Shown: positions 26,370 to 32,000 of the stretch, in pieces
Position numbering within the stretch: the stretch's first letter is position 1
Layout of the letters: each line of letters opens with the position of its first letter
From: Pseudoalteromonas translucida KMM 520
GTDB lineage: Bacteria > Pseudomonadota > Gammaproteobacteria > Enterobacterales > Alteromonadaceae
Reading direction: 5' to 3'
Length of the DNA: 32,000 nt
Assembly (NCBI RefSeq): GCF_001465295.1
Contig: NZ_CP011034.1
Location: 2,340,001-2,372,000 of the forward strand
Notes under the pieces: generated by a model
Told to the model about the DNA's origin: nothing
Databases searched by the model: none
The model's input: the letters and a program-made list of their open reading frames with translations, nothing else
Position numbers and translations under genes: made by a program

Positions 26370-27362
26370 ATGCAATTACTTGATGTTCGAAACTTAACCA
26401 TTGAATTACACACCTCTGAAACCGTTATTAGAGCTGTAGACAGAGTGAGCTTTAGTTTAAAAGAAGGCGAAGTACATGCTTTAGTGGGTGAATCGGGTTC
26501 TGGTAAAAGCTTAATCGCCAAAGCAATTGTAGGAGTGCTTAATGAACGCTGGGTAATAACAGCTGATAGAGTGCATTGGCGCGGGGTAGACTTAATGCGT
26601 TTAACCCCAGAGCAACGCCGAAAAGTAGTGAGCCAAGATATAGCAATGATTTATCAAGATCCGAGTCGCTGCCTTGACCCAACCGCTAAAATATTTGATC
26701 AAATAGCCGAAACTTTACCTGAAGTAGCAAGTAAAGGGTTTTTCTTAAAGCGCAATCGCGAGCGCAAAGACAGAGTAAAAGCACTTATTCATAAAGTAGG
26801 TATTAAAAACCACGAAGAAATACTTAGCAGCTATCCCCATGAGCTTTCAGAAGGGGTGTGCCAAAAAGTAATGATTGCCATGGCAATTGCGCGTACGCCA
26901 AAATTATTAATTGCAGATGAGCCCACCACCGCACTTGAAAGCACCACCCGTGCACAAGTATTTAGATTGTTAAAAAGCTTAAATCAGTTAAAAAACATGT
27001 CTATTTTAATGATTTCTCACGAGCTAGAAGAAATTGTTAACTGGTCGCATACTATTCATGTTTTATATTGCGGACAAATGGTAGAAGCAGGCCCAACGCA
27101 TCGTATTTTTAGCCAGCCACGCCACCCTTATACACAAGCACTACTAAAAAGCCTACCCGATTACGAACATGGTTTGGCGCATAAAGAGCCTTTTTACGCG
27201 CTTAAAGGCACTATTCCTACGCTGCAACATTTACCAATTGGTTGTCGACTAGGGCCGCGTTGCCCGCAAGCACAAAGAGAGTGTGTTATTGCGCCAAAGC
27301 TAACCAAACACCAAGGGCATAGTTATGCGTGTCATTTTCCGCTGATCAAGGAGATGAAATAG
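26370..27362 (+). CDS. sapD: Peptide ABC transporter ATP-binding protein SapD
   Basis: 330-aa ORF with Walker [12 protein letters not shown] signature LSEGVCQK, Walker B LLIADEPT and the C-terminal oligopeptide-ABC extension. Confidence 0.88.
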   Translation: MQLLDVRNLTIELHTSETVIRAVDRVSFSLKEGEVHALVGESGSGKSLIAKAIVGVLNERWVITADRVHWRGVDLMRLTPEQRRKVVSQDIAMIYQDPSRCLDPTAKIFDQIAETLPEVASKGFFLKRNRERKDRVKALIHKVGIKNHEEILSSYPHELSEGVCQKVMIAMAIARTPKLLIADEPTTALESTTRAQVFRLLKSLNQLKNMSILMISHELEEIVNWSHTIHVLYCGQMVEAGPTHRIFSQPRHPYTQALLKSLPDYEHGLAHKEPFYALKGTIPTLQHLPIGCRLGPRCPQAQRECVIAPKLTKHQGHSYACHFPLIKEMK

Positions 27363-28123
27363 TGCAACCCTTACTAAAAGTACAAGCATTATCAAAAAGC
27401 TTTAATTTACGGGCTGGATTATTTAGCCGAAAAAAATTTGCGGTACTTAAAAATATTTCGTTTAGTGTTGGTAAAGGCGAAACCATAGCCATAATTGGTG
27501 AAACGGGTGCCGGGAAAAGCACCCTAGCAAAATTACTTGCTGGAGCCGATAGCGCTGATAGCGGGCAAATTTTACTCGAAAACAACATAATCGAAAATAA
27601 CGGTATTCGCGATCCACAATGTCGCCATATCAGAATGATTTTTCAAGACTCAGCAACCTCGCTAAACCCGGCACTGACTATTGCCGACATGCTCGATGAT
27701 TGCCTGCAATTTAATACCGATTTTGACAAACAACAACGCGCCGAAAAAATTGACAGCACCATGTTAAAAGTCGGGTTGTTAGTAGATCATCAACAATATT
27801 ACCCGCACATGTTTAGCATAGGGCAATTACAGCGTGTAGCGCTCGCTCGCGCGCTTATATTAGATCCTAAGGTTGTTGTGCTCGACGAAGCACTTTCATC
27901 TTTAGATCCCTCTGTACGCGCACAAATAGTTAATTTATTACTTAAGCTACAACTAGAAACCGGATTAACCTATATATTAATAACCCATCATCTTAGCTTA
28001 GTACGCCATATTAGCGACCAACTGGTCGTGTTAGAGCGCGGCGAAATTGTTGAGTACGGCCCCACCGAAGCGATATTCCAAAATCCCCAATCGAAAATAA
28101 CACAAAAATTATTGAGTTGTTGA
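27362..28123 (+). CDS. sapF: Peptide ABC transporter ATP-binding protein SapF
   Basis: Walker A GETGAGKS, signature region SIGQLQR and Walker B VVVLDEA. I prefer the GTG at 27362, which has an AAGGAG SD 8 nt upstream and overlaps the sapD stop as TAGTG. It gives [14 protein letters not shown], aligned to E. coli SapF MIETLLEVRNLSKTF. The ORF-track start at 27329 is an alternative. Confidence 0.86.
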   Translation: MQPLLKVQALSKSFNLRAGLFSRKKFAVLKNISFSVGKGETIAIIGETGAGKSTLAKLLAGADSADSGQILLENNIIENNGIRDPQCRHIRMIFQDSATSLNPALTIADMLDDCLQFNTDFDKQQRAEKIDSTMLKVGLLVDHQQYYPHMFSIGQLQRVALARALILDPKVVVLDEALSSLDPSVRAQIVNLLLKLQLETGLTYILITHHLSLVRHISDQLVVLERGEIVEYGPTEAIFQNPQSKITQKLLSC

Positions 28124-28171
28124 TGAGGAAGCTCAAAAAAAACTAACATCAATACGTAAAAGAGTACGCGT

Positions 28172-28291
28172 TTAGGTTTGATTAGTAAAATGGTCTACGC
28201 CGCATAAAAATGCACGGCGTACACAGCGCGAAATACAGTGGTAGTATTTTGTATCGACCAAACTTACCTGACGTTTTCTTGCGATAGCCAT
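28172..28291 (-). pseudogene. 39-codon N-terminal relic of a Y1/HUH (COG1943, RAYT-like) transposase
   Basis: The minus-strand ORF reads [39 protein letters not shown]. From memory, the (T/K)YYHC(I/V)[11 protein letters not shown](E/V)D stretch is the conserved N-terminus of ~320-aa transposase-like proteins of Vibrio/Shewanella/Alteromonadales. No continuation exists in any frame before sapF (28123). Confidence 0.45.
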
Positions 28292-28357
28292 GTGTCACCT
28301 TGCTTAATTATCGTACTAGCTAGAGCTTAGTTAATTACACTGATATTATAAATATTA

Positions 28358-28415
28358 GAATGGGTGTCTTTATTGAAAATATTTTAAAATGGGTGTCTGC
28401 ATTAAAAATATTTCA
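28358..28415. repeat. Two tandem 29-nt direct repeats
   Basis: GAATGGGTGTCTTTATTGAAAATATTTTA (28358-28386) and AAATGGGTGTCTGCATTAAAAATATTTCA (28387-28415) share 24 of 29 identical positions by hand alignment. Confidence 0.85.
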
Positions 28416-28474
28416 ACTGTAAACCTAAATACCAAGTTTGGTTAATCACTTACTGATATCTGGCACCTTATTTT

Positions 28475-28538
28475 ACTAATAACTGCTCTTACTCATAACT
28501 ACTTTTCTTAATAACTACTTTTCCTAATAGCTGCTTTT
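28475..28538. repeat. Four tandem 16-nt repeats (consensus nCTAATAACTnCTTTT)
   Basis: The units are ACTAATAACTGCTCTT, ACTCATAACTACTTTT, CTTAATAACTACTTTT and CCTAATAGCTGCTTTT, exactly head to tail from 28475 to 28538. Stops occur in all frames. Confidence 0.85.
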
Positions 28539-28542
28539 TTAC

Positions 28543-28574
28543 AAACAAAAAAGGCGCTTTAAAAAGCGCCTTTT
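28543..28574 (-). terminator. ppiD terminator (bidirectional hairpin)
   Basis: AAGGCGCTTT (28551-28560) pairs with AAAGCGCCTT (28563-28572), a 10-bp stem. It is followed by TTTTTTGTTTGT on the minus strand and TTTTAATTATTTT on the plus strand. It lies about 20 nt downstream of the ppiD stop. Confidence 0.7.
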
Positions 28575-28593
28575 AATTATTTTATTACGAATT

Positions 28594-30495
28594 TTACTCT
28601 GCGACTTGCGCTACATTTGGTAAGTTAATTTTCGCTTGAGCTTTTAACGACTCAATAAACACCATGTAGTTTTTGTTTGCTTGTGCCATGGTAATGTTTT
28701 GCTGAATTTGCGGGTCAATATTATCTGCAACTTCAGCGTTCGTTACCGATTTAAGCGCAACAATCGCAGCATCACCATTATTTAAATTAACTAGCTCAAC
28801 GATTGCTGAATCAGTTGGATGAGCCATTTTAAATGTTTGCGTCACAATAGCTGGTGAAACAGTGTAGCTCTGACGCGTTAACTGCGCTTCTTGGCGAACT
28901 GTTAGGCTTTGCTCAGCGGCAACGTCATTTAAACTCTTTCCTGCTTGTACTTCTGCAAAAAGTGTACGGGCTTTTTCTTTAGCAAGCGCTGATGTTTTTT
29001 CGTTAACTAAGCTGGCTTTAATTTGCTCGCTTACATCGCTCAGTGCTTTAGTCGCAGCTGGCTCATGTTCGTTAACACGCACCACAATAACATGCTCATT
29101 ACCTAACTCAATCAGCTCTGAGTTTACTTTATCTTCAAGTAAATCAACTGATGTTAATGCTGTAATAACTGCAGGGCTGTTTAACGGCTCTGGTAGCTCA
29201 TTTAGCGCTACAAGTGGTGTAGACTTAACCTCTACACCCGCGGCTTCTGCTGCATCAACCAAGCGGTCTGAAATTTCAAACGCAAGCGCGGCCATTTCTG
29301 TTTGCTTTTCGTAAAATGCATCTACTTTTTCAGCTTTTTCTAGTTCTGCACGTAAATCTGCTTTTACATCATCGTAGGCTTTTACTTGCTGCGCCTGTAG
29401 GTCGGTTAGTTTAATAATGTGGTAACCAAATTCTGATGCTACAACGTCTGAGTAGTCACCTTTATTTTCGAGCGCAAATGCAGCGTCTTCAAAAACAGGA
29501 TCCATTACATCACGTTCTATCCACTCTAAATCGCCACCCATTTCGCCACTTACAATATCATCAGACGATGATTCTGCTAGCTCGGCAAAATCTGCACCTT
29601 GATTTAATTGCGCTAATAAAGACTCTGCTTTTGCTTTAGCTGCATCATCGTCTTCACTGTTATCAATTAAAATATGCGAAACACGGCGCTTTTCAGGCTC
29701 AACGTATTGCGCTTTACTTTGTTCGTAATAGGCTTTTACGTCATCTTCAGTTACTGAAGCAACTGTAATGTCTTGCGCTTTTAGCTCTATGTAATTAACC
29801 GATAAACGCTCAGGAGATAAAAACTGGCCGCTGTTTAATTCATAGTAATCAGCTATTTCTTGCTCACTCACTTCAACGCTGTCTTGCATTGCTTCTTTAT
29901 TAACTACTAGGTAGTCAATGCTGCGCGTTTGTTGTTGTAGGGCAATGGCACTCTCAAGTTCATTTTTTAGCGCAAAATCACTTCCCGCAACAGCAGATAC
30001 AAGCTGGCTGCGTGTCATGTCTTTACGTAAGTACTCGCGAAATGAGTCTGGTTGAAAGTTCATTTGACGAATAACTTGCAAGTAACGGTCGTTGTTAAAG
30101 CTTTCACCAATTTTAAAATAAGGTAATTCTAAAATGGTTTGTCTTACACTTTCATCGCTTACACGAAGGCCTAACTCTGCCGCTAGTTGAGTTTGCAGTT
30201 CTTGTTGTACTAAACGGTCAATTACACCTTGGCGTATTTGCGCCATGTAATTTGGATCGGCTGCAATTTGGGTAAAGTATTCACCAAACTGTTGCTCTAA
30301 TCGGCCTCGTTCATTTTGAAACGCACGATTAAATTCGGTTTGACTAATTTTAATACCATTTACTTCAGCAACAGGTTGTTCTGTGGTTTGACCTAGGTAA
30401 CTACCAATTCCTGCTAAAGCAAAAGATAAAATCACGGCGCCTAAAATTACTTTGGCTATAGGTCCTTGCGAACCTTCTCTGATTTTCTCAAGCAT
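28594..30495 (-). CDS. ppiD: Periplasmic chaperone / peptidyl-prolyl isomerase PpiD
   Basis: 633-aa ORF with an N-terminal membrane anchor (ILGAVILSFALAGIGSY), a SurA-like N-domain and a parvulin domain (GGDLEWIERD ... EFGYHIIKL). The lon-hupB-ppiD order is conserved. Confidence 0.92.
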   Translation of the reverse strand: MLEKIREGSQGPIAKVILGAVILSFALAGIGSYLGQTTEQPVAEVNGIKISQTEFNRAFQNERGRLEQQFGEYFTQIAADPNYMAQIRQGVIDRLVQQELQTQLAAELGLRVSDESVRQTILELPYFKIGESFNNDRYLQVIRQMNFQPDSFREYLRKDMTRSQLVSAVAGSDFALKNELESAIALQQQTRSIDYLVVNKEAMQDSVEVSEQEIADYYELNSGQFLSPERLSVNYIELKAQDITVASVTEDDVKAYYEQSKAQYVEPEKRRVSHILIDNSEDDDAAKAKAESLLAQLNQGADFAELAESSSDDIVSGEMGGDLEWIERDVMDPVFEDAAFALENKGDYSDVVASEFGYHIIKLTDLQAQQVKAYDDVKADLRAELEKAEKVDAFYEKQTEMAALAFEISDRLVDAAEAAGVEVKSTPLVALNELPEPLNSPAVITALTSVDLLEDKVNSELIELGNEHVIVVRVNEHEPAATKALSDVSEQIKASLVNEKTSALAKEKARTLFAEVQAGKSLNDVAAEQSLTVRQEAQLTRQSYTVSPAIVTQTFKMAHPTDSAIVELVNLNNGDAAIVALKSVTNAEVADNIDPQIQQNITMAQANKNYMVFIESLKAQAKINLPNVAQVAE

Positions 30496-30539
30496 TTGTT
30501 TATCTCTTTTCTGAGCAAGGTTTTTACCTTGTCATATGT

Positions 30540-30571
30540 AAAAAAAGCGTATCTTACCAGATACGCTTTTT
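30540..30571 (-). terminator. hupB terminator
   Basis: AGCGTATCT (30546-30554) pairs with AGATACGCT (30559-30567), a 9-bp stem with a 4-nt loop. It is followed on the minus strand by a T6-7 run. Confidence 0.7.
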
Positions 30572-30666
30572 CACTTGAAGTAACTGGCGGTAAAGTTACT
30601 TAATTCATCTTCTGTGGTAATTAAGTATTTTTACACTCGCCACAACTAATGTGTTTAAAACAGCGA

Positions 30667-30939
30667 TTAGTTTACTGCGTCTTTTAGTGCTTTACCTGCT
30701 TTAAATGCAGGGATAGTTGCAGCAGCAATTTGAATTGTTTCGCCAGTTTGTGGGTTACGGCCTGAACGTGCAGCACGGTCACGAACTGAAAAAGTACCAA
30801 AACCAACAAGTGCAACTGAGTCGCCTTCTTTAAGTGCGCCAGTAACTGATTCGATAAATGAATCTAGTGCACGACCTGCAGCCGCTTTAGAAATGTCAGC
30901 ATCAGCTGCGATTTGATCGATTAATTGAGATTTATTCAC
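30667..30939 (-). CDS. hupB: DNA-binding protein HU-beta
   Basis: From the GTG at 30939 (AGAGGA SD) the 90-aa product reads (M)[49 protein letters not shown]..., almost identical to E. coli HupB. The ORF-track start at 30969 adds 10 non-conserved residues. Confidence 0.94.
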   Translation of the reverse strand: MNKSQLIDQIAADADISKAAAGRALDSFIESVTGALKEGDSVALVGFGTFSVRDRAARSGRNPQTGETIQIAAATIPAFKAGKALKDAVN

Positions 30940-31145
30940 AATATCATCCTCTTTAATTGTTGTTATCAAGAGCGATTGTTTTTTACTAACATCACTGTTT
31001 TGAAAATTTAGAGCAAACTATTATGCTCATACGATTATATTTTTCTTAAGCCTAGTAACCATAAGGGCTAGGCTTGAAAACCAGTGCTTAACTTATCATA
31101 CCGTTTAGATTTGAAAAGCCCCTAAAAGCACTTTTTTAGCGTTTT

Positions 31146-32000
31146 TTATCGGTTTTTCGGCGTTTCGACTGAAAAACTATCAACTGGGTGCACTAAAGCA
31201 AGTTTTAATACTTCATCAATCCATGTAACTGGGTGAATATCGAGGCCAGCCAATACGTTGTCTGGGATCTCTTTTAGGTCACGTTCGTTAATTTTTGGAA
31301 TAATAACCGTTTTAATACCGCCGCGATGCGCCGCTAATAATTTCTCTTTTAAGCCACCAATTGGTAGTACTTCGCCACGCAATGTAATTTCGCCTGTCAT
31401 GGCAACATCGGCACGTACCGGATTACCAGTTAAGCTCGACACTAAACCAGTTACCATAGCAGCACCTGCACTTGGGCCATCTTTAGGTGTTGCGCCTTCT
31501 GGTACGTGTACATGAATATCGCGCTTTTCATAAAAATCACTGTTAATACGAAACTCTTCCGCTCGGTTTCGTACTACTGTCATGGCTGCTTGTATCGACT
31601 CTTGCATTACATCACCTAATGAGCCGGTATAGCTAAGCTTACCTTTACCTGGTACTGCGGCACATTCAATAGTTAGCAAGTCGCCACCCACTTCAGTCCA
31701 TGCAAGACCGGTAACTTGGCCAATACGGTCGCCGTCTTCTGCTTTACCGTAATCAAAGCGTTGCACACCTAAAAAGTCCTCTAGGTTGTGCTCATCAATA
31801 GTGACTGTTGTGGTGCCTTTTTCGATTAAAATATTTTTAACCGCTTTACGACATAGTTTAGATATTTCGCGCTCTAAATTACGTACACCCGCTTCACGCG
31901 TGTAATAACGAATAATGCCAGTAATGGCGCTATCTGCTATCTCAATTTCATGCTCTTTTAAGCCATTACGCTTAACTTGCTTGGTAATTAAGTGCTGTTT
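31146..32000 (-). CDS. lon: ATP-dependent Lon protease, C-terminal part (gene continues past the right window edge)
   Basis: The frame is open from position 32000. It reads [14 protein letters not shown]...[23 protein letters not shown]...[36 protein letters not shown]...PKDGPSAG (catalytic Ser)...[14 protein letters not shown] (catalytic Lys), near-identical to E. coli Lon. The ORF-track start at 31766 is an internal GTG. Confidence 0.96.
   Translation of the reverse strand, partial: KQHLITKQVKRNGLKEHEIEIADSAITGIIRYYTREAGVRNLEREISKLCRKAVKNILIEKGTTTVTIDEHNLEDFLGVQRFDYGKAEDGDRIGQVTGLAWTEVGGDLLTIECAAVPGKGKLSYTGSLGDVMQESIQAAMTVVRNRAEEFRINSDFYEKRDIHVHVPEGATPKDGPSAGAAMVTGLVSSLTGNPVRADVAMTGEITLRGEVLPIGGLKEKLLAAHRGGIKTVIIPKINERDLKEIPDNVLAGLDIHPVTWIDEVLKLALVHPVDSFSVETPKNR

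Noticed and set aside
28196-28221. Bulged 10-bp hairpin TACGCCGCAT-AAAA-ATGC(AC)GGCGTA as a possible sapF terminator
   Set aside because: No T-run follows on the plus strand, and it lies inside the coding remnant of the transposase relic. It may be incidental to that sequence.
28360-28422. 20-codon ORF MGVFIENILKWVSALKIFQL spanning both 29-nt repeats
   Set aside because: It has no Shine-Dalgarno sequence. It reads the two repeat copies in different frames, so the repeat is conserved at the DNA level rather than the peptide level. It is too short to support without conservation or ribosome profiling.
28358-28538. Possibility that the tandem repeats are a CRISPR array
   Set aside because: The repeat units are directly abutting with no spacers, have only 2 and 4 copies, are not palindromic, and no cas genes are nearby.

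Overview
This 32-kb window is mostly conserved chromosomal core from a moderately AT-rich gammaproteobacterium. Gene order and protein sequences look Alteromonadales/Pseudoalteromonas-like, but that is inference only. On the minus strand, 1-8956 holds the housekeeping cluster rpsB-tsf-pyrH-frr-uppS-cdsA-dxr-rseP-bamA (bamA runs off the left edge). Diverging from it on the plus strand is map-glnD-dapD (9228-13540). Next come phhB-phhA, a methionine gamma-lyase-type PLP enzyme, and the phage-shock locus: pspF divergent from pspA-pspB-pspC-ycjX-ycjF, with a recognisable sigma54 promoter. After that are sapABCDF, ppiD, hupB and the 3' part of lon (runs off the right edge). I found no rRNA, tRNA or CRISPR. 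Two places are not ordinary core. (1) 13544-14779 is a strongly AT-rich one-gene insertion between dapD and phhB, bracketed by two inverted REP-like elements (GTAG + imperfect hairpin). It encodes an orphan 325-aa protein with two TM helices, a long coiled coil and an unassigned C-terminal domain. Its N-terminal module resembles, from memory, the 'putative phage abortive infection' (putAbiC) family. This is my best candidate for a novel defence-type system. (2) 28124-28593 is a 470-nt non-coding scar between sapF and ppiD. It contains a 39-codon relic of a Y1/HUH (RAYT-like) transposase, two tandem 29-nt repeats, and four tandem 16-nt CU-rich repeats. The 16-nt repeats lie between a sigma54-like -24 box and a strong terminator, so the tract could encode a small RNA. 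All homology statements come from my own recognition of protein sequences; no database search was run.
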